Shown here piece by piece: positions 51,889 through 63,724 of a DNA stretch of 64,000 nt. Made by a program: the position numbers and the translations under genes. Source of the DNA: Camelus dromedarius (lineage: Eukaryota). The stretch lies in the NCBI RefSeq assembly GCF_036321535.1, contig NC_087436.1:101186001-101250000 (forward strand). The letters run 5' to 3'. The notes below the pieces were generated by a model. That model was not told where the DNA came from. It worked only from the letters and a program-made list of their open reading frames with translations, and did not search any database. The stretch's first letter is position 1. Each line of letters opens with the position of its first letter.

Positions 51889-53941
51889 TAGCAGCCGAGC
51901 CGCGGAAACTACACACTCTCAGAGAAGGAGGGAGGAGTGCCGGGGGGAGGGAGAGAGGAGGGAGCACCAGCCAGCCGCCTCGCTCCGGAAAGCCCAGCTT
52001 CAGCTTCGGAGGTCACTCCAAGTGTGCACAATTCTAACAAGTCCCCCTTAAACCAAAGCCTGCCCCTCTCCCTCCCCAGTGAGTGCAGCCGCGGCCTCCC
52101 AGTTGCGGGGGGCACTTGCTTTCCCTCCGTGGGGCTGGTAAATTTCCTCCTAGCTCTGACTAATGCCGAGTGCGTGTGTGAGAGCGCTGGAGCGGGTGTC
52201 AGGAAACGTTTCTCCTCCTGCCCCTTCTCAGACGATGTTCCCCACCCCTCAAAGTGTCTGTGGTTCTCGATTTAGCATCTTGGCTGGGGTATGGTCAGCT
52301 GTGGCTTCGGGGACCCCGCGTGCGCCCATGGAGCCACGCTGGTGTTCTGAGAAACCATGATGGGCTGCAGTGGTTAAGAGAGAACATCAAACTCCAGAGA
52401 GAGACAGAGAGGGATCCTTTTTTGGGAGCGCAGAGTTAGAAGGGCTGGGGTTGGGGGGCGGGGGGCTGTCTTTGTTTAAATGCTTGGCATTCCTGTCATC
52501 GTGCTTGCTTACGGGGGTAGACCGTGTGTGTGCGCGCGCCTGGGGAATAAACACATGTTGGAAGCCTCGATATTCTTTTCTGAGCAGAAAGCTGCAGCCT
52601 TTAGTAACTGGCAAAGTGTAGCGTCACCTATCTGGATAAAAGGGAAATAAACTTTAATGGCAACTTTGTGTACCGAAGTGTCCCTAGCTCCTTTTCTCTC
52701 CTTCTTTTGACTTTGTGCCACTTGATCGTACACGGTATTCCCCGACGCGAGGCTTCCCCAGTTTTCAATCACGGCCACTGCAGCCGGCCTCATCGAATCT
52801 CAATTCTAGCTGTGTTTTCTTAACTGTATACTCTGAGCCGTATACTCTTTATTTAAGCGGCTGTTTAACAACCGGGCCCCCGCCAGGATAAGGGGGGTTG
52901 AGGTGGGCAGGAAATACCTGGGGAAAATTCTTACCACCTCAAAAAAGGAAAGGGGCTGCTGCTGGATTTTGGTTGGTCCTCAGCTGATCTGCTCAATCTA
53001 TAGGCACTGAAAGGCCTCCTCTTAAAGGAAAATTTAAAGCGAAAAGAAGAAAAGAGAAAGAAATTCGTCCAGAGTGGGTACTCTGCCTTTACGAGACTTG
53101 TGTGAGGAGGCAGAATGATTTAAAGAAGACAAACACCAGTAAAGTCTACGAGCAGATGTATCGCGCGGTTGTTTAGGCGGGCGCAGCCAGCAGGAACGGG
53201 GGGAGAGGCGGCAGAGATTTCCAAGCATTCCCTATGGGTGATCGTAGAGGCGCGGAGGATGGGAGCGTGTGGGTATGTGCCAGGAAGCTGGCGTGTATTT
53301 TCTAGTCTGCTAAAACAGCGGCACGCGGGGGTAGCGGCTCCTCCTCCGAGGCCAGGCACCGGGCCTTTCCGCCCCCAGACCTCCCACCCCCTACCCACTG
53401 GCCTCCACCAGAGCCTCTCCGTTCTATATCTGCAGCATCAGCGAGAAAAGCCCCGCGCGCAGACTCAGTGCGCACCGCCGCAGTCTGGAGCCGGGGGGCG
53501 GGGGCGGGGGCCCGCGCCGCAGCGTGCTAGCTGCCGGCTAAGTGTCAGTAACGCCAAATTCCCCTTTTATTTGAGAAGCTCCGGTTTATCCGAACGCCTG
53601 CCTCCCCCGACACCCAGTCCCCCTTTTTCCAGGGTCCAAGGCAAAAGAGGGAAGCCGGCTCCACTCTGAGGCCTTGCGCCAGAGCATTCCGATACGCGGC
53701 AATATGGTGCAGTGCACTCACTCTCCTAGCTACCTTTACTAAGATTTTGCAAACTTCAGGCAGCCGCGTGGGCAGACAGGTTGTGCACTACTTGCATTGC
53801 CAGACCATAAACTTGAACAAGCCCCTGTGCATCTTCAAACATTCTCCCACCGCTCCGGCGCGCAATCTTCAGGCGCACACCAGAGCGGGGCAAAAGAGTG
53901 GGCGGCTTTTCCCCAGTGCCCTGAAAATGTTCCTGAAGACG

Positions 53942-53972
<31 letters not shown>

Positions 53973-53996
53973 TGTGTGTGCACGCGCGCGCGCGCA
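53942..53996. repeat. (TG)n-CA-(CG)n alternating purine-pyrimidine tract
   Basis: 55 bp of uninterrupted RY alternation. Confidence 0.95.
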
Positions 53997-56900
53997 GCGC
54001 GTCCTTCACAGTGGAGTGGTTTCCTCATTGCGAGCGGGAGTTAGTCTCCAGCCCTTCCTCCCTGCTCTCATCCCTACCAACTCCGCCGCCAAGCCAAACC
54101 AGCGTGGGAAATGGGTCCGACGTGCACGGCATGGAGAAAAGCGCGGCCAGGCTGCCGAGGCCCTGAAGCTTCCTGGCTTTCCTCCCTCCCTCCACGGTCC
54201 CCGGCTCCGACCTCTCCCCGGGAGCAGCCCGGGAGTGTTGGCAGATTTGCCCAGCCGATCGGTTCTTGGGAAAGGGAAGGGAATGGGCGGGGTATGGGTG
54301 TGGGCGAGGTGAGGGGAGCCCTCGGGGCGTCCTTGCCACAACCGGAGCTCCCAATCCTCTTCCGCCCCCTATCTAGGGACTGACACTCCAACTCTAGCCA
54401 CCAGCCGGCGCGGAGGATGAATGGAGGCGAGAAACCGTTTCCCCCACCCCCGCCCCATTTCCGCAGTCTTAGAGCCAGTGTCACAAGTGCTCAGCAATTT
54501 CATTAAATGGAACCGGGGGACTTAATCCCCCCCGGTACTAGACCTCACCAAGGGAATATGATATCCGGCTTCGCTCCCACCCACAAACCCCGCCCGGCTT
54601 TTCAGACCCGAGGCTGCATTTATCTTCTCAACCTGAGAGGAAAGGGTTCAGAAGGAAATGGGATCGAAAGTGTAACCGGCTGCAATAAATTAAAGATCCC
54701 GCTGCTGCTGCTGCTGGGAGCTTTGGCGGCCAGAACTGGAGAGCAAACGAGATCGGTGTCCTAAAACCTGCATGATCAGTGATAGGACGTCATCGCAAAG
54801 TGTTTGAGAGAATTTTGAAATGTTGTGAATGTCTGTGTTTTTTTCCCCTTATTTTAAAGGACAATAAAAAATAAATGTCCCTTTGAAACCAAGATAAAAA
54901 GGGAATATAAAATTCCATCCCATTCTAATAGACATTTAATAAAAGTTCAGCCAACGATTTCTCTTCCATGCCAAGTATCTTAGCCTAACTTACAATATCT
55001 GGTAGTTTTTGGTTTTACTTTTTACATCTACCGACTAACCTTGCTTGCTTAAAACTGCTTTGCAGTTAAAAGATTTCAGTGACTGAGCTGAAATAATAGC
55101 ATTCAGGGTCCGTGATGTAGTTCAAGCCTCCAAGAAAAGACAGGAAGAGAAGTAACAACGACAACAAAAGTTTATGGGTTAGAATGAATACAAAGAAGTA
55201 GGAGCCGGAGATATGATCTCTGGGGGGCTTTCATTTATTATAGGCGCTGTATTAACGATAATACAAGAAAAAGGTTAAATACAGTAAACAGGATAGCCAG
55301 TTCTGGAAAGAAATATAAAGCAATTTGAGGGGAAGGGAGAAAGTGACTCAATATCGCCACCAAGGGACAAGCTGAAGAAATGACACCCTTACATCTTCAA
55401 ATCCACTGACCTTTCATTTTTTTTTAAAAGGTCCTCTGTATCCACTTACATAAAAGTGTAAACTATTTTTGAGATCTTTACGATCAATTATTTATCCAAC
55501 TAATTCTGGTAAATTTCATACGCCTTACTTCTCTAACTGATTATCAGAAATGATTGTCCTTCCAACAGATATCATTTCAAACAGTAATTATATGTATAAC
55601 TATTGTCTTGCAGTAAGTATGATTCTGATTTTAGGGACTGTGAGAAACATTAGGCATATCTTGCAGCCTTAAATCCATGCCTGTAGTATTAAAATGTGTA
55701 GTAGACTGAAATGGCTAAATTATTCATTGCAATAACAGACTTTTCGATGGACATTAAAACTCAGCAGTTTAAATAAGGAAACCACAGATTTCCTTTTAAG
55801 CAGGTAATAACTGCTTGCATCAGTGGTTATTTAATTGGTCTCCAGCCAAGAAACAGAACAAGCTGTACTGTTTAAAATCGTGAAGTCATGCAATGCAAAG
55901 CCATATACTGCAATATATCAATTAAAGAGGAACACAAGCTAAGAACTAATCTAAGTTGATTCAGGCTACCTATTTGGATAGCTATTAAACATTTCCTCAA
56001 GGCTAGTATAAAAACTGTTTAAAGAGAAAAAGAAACTCATGAAAATAATTTTAAGTGTTTATCTAAATATTCATTTATAGGCTGTGTGATTTTTAAATGG
56101 AGTGTTTTTGGTTTTAAATGACACCTGACAGAAATAAGTTTCACTTTAAGCTTAGCACAGATTGAGAGTTCTTTTTCAATTTCTAAAATTTTAAATGCCA
56201 AAATAAATGCAATATAGCATAGATTTATAATTTGAGATATTTATATAAAGATCTAGTCAGTTGCTATAACTGACAAACTATCTTTTGTTTACAAGATAAT
56301 TTATGGATTCTTTTCAACTTTATATTATTTTTTATACATTTGCAAAAATCTAAGCATGGGAGGAAAACAGTATTTTGCAAACTCTGGGTGAGTTTTTGGG
56401 AAAAAAGACCCTTGATAGGCCAAAACAGTATATCCTATTATTTGTGGCCATCTGAAGCTGTTCCCTGTCACTATCTATGGTAAAATCGAACATTCCAATG
56501 CCCTTTCCAGGAACTTGAGACATTTGGCATTTCTTTACTACTGTGGCAGGATATGTCAAACACACTCTGAATAATGACCTCTAAGCTAGATAATATATTA
56601 AGGGTTTTTGGGGAAAAGTTTCATTATAGTGTCTTGTATAAATATAGTAGTCAAATAAGTGACCTGCTTGTACTAAGCATGGTTGAAAATTATGACTTAG
56701 CTTTATAAGTTTTAGCTCCTATGTGGACCTATGCTAACTTGATTGCTTCTTATGTTAATTACCAATACCAGCTGGTACAAAACTTTACCCAATCAAATTT
56801 TAACCCATTGCATTTAGAAAATACAAAATGTAGAATGTTTCTAGGGTGGGTAATACAGTATATTTGACTGACTACTTTAGCAGCAATGAATTTTTCCAGT

Positions 56901-58865
56901 AATGGATGCTGATCCTTATATAGTATCTCTGGGACCTTTCCCCAAATACTTCTGACTTCTGGACCTAGGATAGGATTATTCTTCTTGGCCCCCTTGTGGC
57001 TGGATGAGGCCACTGACTAGGTCGGGGCAATCCCAAGTGGAAGTTGAAGTTCACTTCCAAAAGGAACGTGGATGGCTAAAATGAAATCATTGTTCAACTC
57101 TGTCAGTCACATTGATTATTAACCTAACATGGGACCAATACCTGGAAATTGTCAACGCATTTCAGACCCACAATGACTTTGGAAAGCAGTAGTATGTTCT
57201 AAATGTCTGTTTCAGCAGTTATAAGATGAATTATACAAGTCAAGCTGGATTAAAAGGCCTACCAAATAGACAATATGGGTTTCAACATAGTCCCTATAAA
57301 TCAACAATTGTGCTATTTAATTACAGGTGGAAATGCAAGTTTCAATGGCAAGACAAATTCTTGCTGTATAAATAAAGCTATATAAATTTGTACCTAGTGA
57401 TTTTTAAGAATTGCAAAAAATATTTTAGTCTAGTTTATTTTTTCCTCATAACTGGTATAGCATTTAACACTTTGAATAGGACTTTGATAAAGTATTAATG
57501 ACTACAGTGAGATGGAAAGATAATATTGATGTATGTACCTATGGTTATTCTTTTTATTTCTTGTTTTTGCTGCATAAATGATTTTCAATTTTGTCTCCAA
57601 ATGACTAGCTAAAAAAAGCAGTATATGGTTGTAAATAGAAGCCTTTGATTTGGCTAATTTATTTATAAAATATAAAGTGTTTTGCTGTGTTATTAAACTA
57701 ACAGCTGTGATTAAGAACAGTATGTATCATCAACAGTATATATCTGAATTCAGCACTGATAGGTTTACTAGATCTTTCTGTTTCTGAGTGTTTCCTTGTT
57801 TCTCTCTGTTAGCCTGATCATGCCTATTTAGAGGAAATAGTACCTACCCTGCCTTTTCAATGACGTTGGATATAAAGCTTCCTTTTTCATCTAACAAATG
57901 GGAAGCTTTGCTTCTATTTCTTGTAAAACAGATTTATTTAAAACATAGGAGAGAGGGTGAGAGAAAAACGTGATACACTTAAAAAAAGGTGTCACTGAAA
58001 CTAAGGCAGTCTTCCAGTTTCTGTCTGATTTTGCCCTATAAAGACAGTATTTTGCAAAGGTCTGGAAACCAATATTGCCTTCAACTCCCCAAAGTTATTC
58101 TCTTTAGGCATCCTGGTCAGCCTGGCCAGTGTTCCTCAGTTTCTGAATTACTCTTCTGGGCAGACTCAGACAGTGTGATGCTAGTGGAGCTTCAGCTTTC
58201 AGGGTCTCTCACTTGCACCCACCTCTTCCAAGACTTGGGGGTGTGGAGGGTGCAATAATGTGGTTGCACAGTCACATGTTTTTAAAATTCGCAAGAGTAA
58301 GGTTAAGAACACTGCTTCCTTCCTCTTCAATTTCCTCTCATACTTCTTGTTGGGGATCTAGTTAAGGGGAAATTGAGACGGGGATACATTTAATTTGGGT
58401 GTGTTAAGATGTACTTTTATGAATTTGCAGTCTCTTTTATTTATACGTAAGTTATTTCTAACAACCAGGGTGCAGAATGTCTTCCAAGAATTTGACATCC
58501 ATTGTGCCAGCTTGCCCTGGCACAGTTCTACTGTGATGGAATATCCCCCTATATGGCTTCCTGGAAATATATGGGTGGTAAAGTAGAGTCAAGGCTTAAG
58601 TGTGTTGAGCCAGAACCACATCTATAGAAAGTTCTTCCAATTATTAGGCATAAAATTCCAAATCAAGAATATGCTTCTCACTGATGTCTAATTAAAACAA
58701 AAATTCTCTCTTGTCAGGAACTGAATAAGGCAGAAGATACATTTAAAAACACATGATTCTTTGGAACGTGTGTGTGAAATTTCTAAGCAGAAATTGTACA
58801 AATACAGAATTTATCAGAATCCCTCTGTTTGAAGGTATAAATATACACAGTACTGCAAACAGATC

Positions 58866-58917
58866 GAGAGAGAGAGAGTGTGTGTATGTGTGTGTGTGTG
58901 TGTGTGTAGTGTGTGTA
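58866..58917. repeat. Compound (GA)n(TG)n microsatellite
   Basis: gagagagagagagtgtgtgtatgtgtgtgtgtgtgtgtgtgtagtgtgtgt. Confidence 0.9.
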
Positions 58918-59704
58918 GTTGGGTGACTTCTGCATCCCAGTGTATTAGAGTTAGGGCATCAGACACATATTCTCTTGACAAAGTCTGGCACTTGGACATG
59001 AAATGACACACTCTGTATCCACCAATGCAGTAAAGAGATCCTAAAGAAACAAATGTTTCAGAGACAAACTCTTACAAGTATTCATCAATATGTCAAACTA
59101 TGTTGTGTTTACACAATTATGAAGCTTGATACAGTACAACATAGAAAAAATCTATTTCCACTGCTCTTCTATGTGTCAACTTCAGGTTGATTCTGTGTAT
59201 CTTTTTTCATACCAAAGTTTTAGTCATACCAAAAGTTTCAAGAAGAAGTATTATAGACATATATCAGCCCATTAATTAGATGATAGGTTTGGGGTTTGGG
59301 GGAGACACTGCAATACTTTTCTTTTTATTCAGCTGACTTGTAAATTGTGGAATTTCTTATACTTTATGTAAAGAAGTATTTAGTTGGTAACTATCTTTGT
59401 ATCTTATTTTATATTCATTTTCTTAAGAAAGACCACAGAAATGACATAAACTTTAGGCCTTACAAAACTTGATTCTGTCCTTGCTTGTAATAGTTAAGAG
59501 CATATATAGTGGTTTAAGTGAGTAAAACATGAGACATCAAAGATTTCCCCAAATCATAAATTCAGTTCTGCAAAATACATACTAAGACTTTACATACCGT
59601 AATTTATAGGTAAATGCTGCTTAATGATATTTTCGTAAGGACAATAATCGTAGTGCTATAACAAATCATTTTTGGACCAGATTGTTGGTGCCAGAAGTTG
59701 CCAA

Positions 59705-60060
59705 AGCGGCAGCATGATGAGAAAGAGTTGGAAGAAGTATTGGGAAATTAAACTGGCTTTGAATTCAAGACCTCCACTCTGAGCCTCTGTGATTCTGATG
59801 AACCCCCCTGAGCCCTGATATTTCTCATTTGATTCAATTCATCCAACATGTATTTAAATTCTATTTTACATCTACCTTTGTGTTAGATTTTGAACATAAG
59901 TAAAATCCAATACTTGCCTTTAAATAGCTCATATGTTAATACTATCTATATAATGGGGACCATAAGCCACGTTTAAGGTTGTTGTGAGGAGGAAACATGA
60001 TCATTTTATAAGACAACCTAACACTGCCTGGAACAAATTAAATTCTTAATAAAAGTTATT
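59705..60060 (+). mobile_element. MIR split by an inserted opposite-strand L2 fragment (about 59830-59940)
   Basis: MIR core ctgagccctgatatttctcat | atctatataatggggaccata is separated by ttcaattcatccaacatgtatttaaattcta... Confidence 0.55.
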
Positions 60061-60194
60061 TTTCCCCTATTTTTCCTAATGTTTCTCTGAAGACTTAGGG
60101 TTGAATTTCCTAGACTTTGCAGGATCTTCATTTCTACTTTGTATGCATTTTCAGAGTTTAGAATTGGAGCCATTTACACTTGTACTGCTCTTCA

Positions 60195-60398
60195 TTTGTT
60201 TAGTGCAGAATACAGCCTGTGAGCCGAATCTGGCCCTCGGTTTGTTTTTGTATGGCCCCTATGCCATGATTTTTTTTTCCCCACAGCTTTAAAGGGTTGT
60301 TAAAAACAATCAAAAAAGAGTCATAGCATGTGGCTGGCAAAGCCTAAAGTATTTACTATCTGGTCCTTAACAGGAAAAGTTTTCTGAAGTCTTTTCTG
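60195..60398. mobile_element. MER58-type hAT-Charlie DNA transposon
   Basis: cagcctgtgagccgaatctggcc...gtttttgtatggcc ... tggctggcaaagcctaaagtatttactatctggtccttaacaggaaaagttt. Confidence 0.8.
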
Positions 60399-60637
60399 AA
60401 ATATCAACTTCATGAGCATAGTGACAATACTGAAAAATACCGTACTTCATATTACATGTGAGAGAGGAGCCACTGCAATATGTAAATGCACAGACGGAAC
60501 AGATGTTGCTAAACTCCATGTGGAAGGCTCCACATCCCAAAAGCTCTAGCCCAAGTATACCCCACGTCACATGACATAATCCCTATACATAGCGATGGGC
60601 TACTTTCATTAGGACACAAAGAACTGCTAGTGGACCT

Positions 60638-61165
60638 TGTAATGATGGTCATTATAGTAACCTTGGAAACATGGTCATTCCTCTTACTGAGAGGTTGATT
60701 CTCTGTTCCCTCTCCTTGAATGTGGGCAGAGTCTGTGACTGGTTTTACCAATAGGATGCAGTGGAAGGAACACCATGCCAGTTTCCATCTGGAGCACTCT
60801 CGTGGAAGCTGCAAACTGCCACGTGAGAAGTCCATTATCCTGTGACCATCACACTGGGAAGGCCTCGTGGCATGTAGGCACTGCAGGTGACAGTCTCAGC
60901 TGGGCCCTGACTTTCAATCATCCCCTCCAAAGCACTAGAAGTGCGAGTCAAGGCATTTTGGACCCTCCTGTCCTCTCCATCTGACAACTACATACCACTG
61001 AGTAGTTGACACCACAGTTAACTCCATATAGAGCCAATGAATCAAGCACCTGAGCCTTGAGCAAATTCTTGACCCACAAGATATGGGTGAGATATTAATA
61101 AAAGTTTACTGTGTTAAGCCACTAAATTTCAGGGTGTTCGTTATCCAGCAATAGATGGCTGGAAC
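60638..61165 (+). mobile_element. MLT1G/H-like MaLR LTR
   Basis: ccctctccttgaatgtgggcag...tgtgactggttttaccaatag ... aaattcttgacccaca ... ttaagccactaaatttcagggtgttcgttatccagcaatagatggctggaaca. Confidence 0.8.
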
Positions 61166-61234
61166 ATCAGTATTCTGTTTGCAAATTTAACATATGCTGA
61201 ATGTCAGTACTAGATTTAATAATGATAATTGTTA

Positions 61235-61570
61235 TCATATTGTGGCTCATCTGTGTGCCAGACACCATTCTTAACACACTCCATAAGGTTATCATTTAAT
61301 TTTTGAAGATTACAGTTTAATATAATATCCTTATAAAGTTATTACATCATGGAGATTATTTCCATGTAGCATTGAAGAGGATATGGAGGCTTAAGGAGGT
61401 TAAGTTTCCTAATAACCCTATGAAGTTACTAGATTATGGGGATTATTTTATCCAGAGTAAGATGAGGGCACTGAAACTTAAGGAGGTTAAGAAGGTTAGG
61501 TAATGAAGAGATATCATAGCTATTAAGTGACTGAGGCTGGGGGATCCAATTTAGTTCATTCATATTTGAA
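61235..61570 (-). mobile_element. MIR with an old internal duplication of about 87 bp
   Basis: tgtgtgccagacaccattctta...; cttaaggaggttaag at 61390-61404 and 61477-61491; atagctattaagtgactgaggctgggg. Confidence 0.6.
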
Positions 61571-62102
61571 AACCGTTGCTCTGATATATTATAAATAATA
61601 CCTTATATTATAATGAAGAACTGATCTAATTAGTTTATGCAGTTTTACCCATAAGCAGACACACCTTTCTTGCTTATATACTTTATTTAATTAATCTTAT
61701 ATGTTTCTCTCTTGTAAAAATCTGTCTTTAGTGTAGCTGATTTTAACTGACAGTCTGCTCAGAGTTCTCTGGACTGAAACACAAAATAGGGCTGTATTTA
61801 AATGTACCTCCTCCTTTATTCAGATCAAAGCAACGGTAACAAACTTGCAAGGGCCCTTCATTTAATCTAGACTGTTTTGAAGGAAATATTCAGTCCAAGG
61901 AGTTTTATTTCCAAAGATGACACATAATCAGTATTTATGGAAAAACTCCATTCATTGAGATTTCATTTCTGCTTTACTGTAATGTTTTCTTTATCTTTGT
62001 GATCCACACCACAGTAATAATGTTATAGTGTGATGAGCCACAATATGGTCACAATTATCATAATCCCGGTGCTTTCAAAAGGAGGCTGTCTTTAAGGATT
62101 TC

Positions 62103-62270
62103 TTTTTTTTTTTTTTTTTTTTTTTTAGTTTCCATATCTGTACTAATTATTGTTTCTAAGAACAGATTAGATCTTTAGCTTTTTAAACTTACATAGTTAT
62201 CAAAGGAATAAAGCCAACTACAAAATAAGAATCAATAGAATGCAGTAGTCCAATCATAAAGGACAGTCAA
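62103..62270 (-). pseudogene. Retrocopied mRNA 3'-end fragment with an A24 tail, possibly the TXNL1 3'UTR
   Basis: T24 at 62103-62126 followed by 144 nt that match no repeat I recognise. The minus strand reads ttgactgtcctttatgattggactactgcattc...aagctaaagatctaatctgttcttagaaacAATAATtagtacagatatggaaact(A)24, with a decayed poly(A) signal about 20 nt before the tail. The parent gene is recalled, not verified. Confidence 0.65.
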
Positions 62271-62287
62271 GAAATCAAAATAATAAT

Positions 62288-62660
62288 TAGGTCATTTGTG
62301 TCCTTATCATTATTGTTATTATTTTTTAGATTCTTCATATAAATGATGTCATATGGCAGTTTTCTTTCTCTTTCCAGCCCACTTCACTCTGAATGACAGT
62401 CTTCAGGTCCATCCGTATTGCTGCAAATGGCATTATTTATTTTATTCTTTTTTATGGCTGAGTAGTGTTCCATTGTATATATGCAGCACATCTTCTTTAT
62501 CCAGTAATCTACTGATGGACATTTGGGTTGTTTCCATGTCTTGGCTATTGTAAATAGTGCTGCTATGAACACTGGGGTGCATGTGTCTTTTTGAATTTTG
62601 TTTTTCTCTGGATATATGCCCAGGAGTGGGATTGATGGATCACATGGTAAGTCTAATTTC
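62288..62660 (-). mobile_element. L1 fragment: ORF2 C-terminus and start of the 3'UTR
   Basis: ORF 62384-62662 (LPCDPSIPLLGIYPE...CTPVFIAALFTIAKTWKQPKCPS..WIKKM..IYTMEHYSAIKKN) is the classic L1 ORF2p C-terminal segment. Confidence 0.93.
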
Positions 62661-63039
62661 AATGGGGGTTATTGATCACCTAATTTTTGTTAGTAGAGCA
62701 CCATTTTTGGAACAATGATTAAGAGCAGTTGGTAATATTAACTAAGCACTTATATTATACCAGGGACAATTCTAGGCTTTTTATACATATTAACTTATTT
62801 AATAAAGAGTCCAATGGGTAAATATTCATAAACCTCTCAAATTTGTTTGTATATTTCTGCTTTGTGTTCTTACTTTGATTCCCCCATCTTCCATTATGGC
62901 TTTGACCTTCATAGCATGCCTGAAGGATGGACAAGAAATGTGACAAGAACTGCACTCAACTACAAACTAGGAGTGGCTTCTTCATTAGTGGACAGAATTA
63001 CTGTGATAGTCATCATTCCTTATTCACCAAAGTGCATTC

Positions 63040-63215
63040 CTGATGACATTCACACATAGGAAGGAATACACATCCATATATTTAGAAGTTAGGGTGGCCA
63101 TTGTGAATTGCTTTGGTCAAGGATATATAAGTGGAAATGATATGGATCTCTCCCTGGTGGAGGTATTTGAGAGACAGCAAACAATTCCCCATCTTTTCTT
63201 CCTTAACATTATATT
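63040..63215. mobile_element. Old MLT1-type LTR fragment
   Basis: gaagttagggtggccattgtgaattgctttggtcaaggatatataagtggaaatgat. Confidence 0.45.
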
Positions 63216-63219
63216 AACA

Positions 63220-63724
63220 TTGTTCAGCGAAACAGAATATATACAACTGACATTCTACTCTCTCTTTCTCTCTCTCTCTCCCATAGATAGATAGATAGCT
63301 CTAACTATCTGTCATTTGAGGGAGAAATTATAAGGAATTGGCTCACACAATTATGGAGACTGAAAAATAGTAAGATACGCAATTGCAAACTAGAGATCCA
63401 AGAGTCACTGTGTAGTTCTAATCCCATGAGAACCAGGACAGCCCATGGTATAAATTTCAGCCTGAAATATAGCAGGCTCAACCTAAGAACTGATGTTTCA
63501 GTCGGAGTCCCAAGGCTGAAAAACAACAACGACAACAACAAAACAATGTCCCAGCTCATGCAGTCAGAAGTTTCCTCATACTCAGTCTTTTTGTTCTATC
63601 AGGCCTTCAACTGATTGGATAAGGCCCACCCACATGAAAGAGGACAATCTGCTTTACTCAGTCTACTGATTAAATGTTAATCTTAACCAAAAACACCCTC
63701 ACAGACAGACCCAGAAAAATGTTT
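63220..63724 (-). mobile_element. MLT2 (ERV-L) LTR, 5'-truncated
   Basis: ttataaggaattggctcacacaattatggagactga ... aggccttcaactgattggataaggcccacccaca ... caatctgctttactcagtctactgattaaatgttaatct ... aaacaccctcacagac. Confidence 0.88.

Larger units (their letters stand above)
48400..54780. promoter_or_regulatory. CpG island covering the PCDH7 promoter, 5'UTR and 5' half of exon 1
   Basis: Sharp rise in GC and CpG density over the AT-rich flanks; GC boxes such as ggggcgggggcggggg at ~53495-53510. Confidence 0.9.

Noticed and set aside
50031..54764. Dense cluster of 60-213 aa ORFs on both strands
   Set aside because: Expected from stop-codon scarcity in a CpG island. They are low-complexity Pro/Arg/Gly/Ser translations, many with non-ATG starts.
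58150..58720. Possible old hAT-Tip100-type DNA transposon
   Set aside because: The resemblance is too vague to assign a family or boundaries without an alignment.
62384..62662. 92-aa ORF with a recognisable protein motif
   Set aside because: Fragment of the L1 ORF2p C-terminus, not a host gene.
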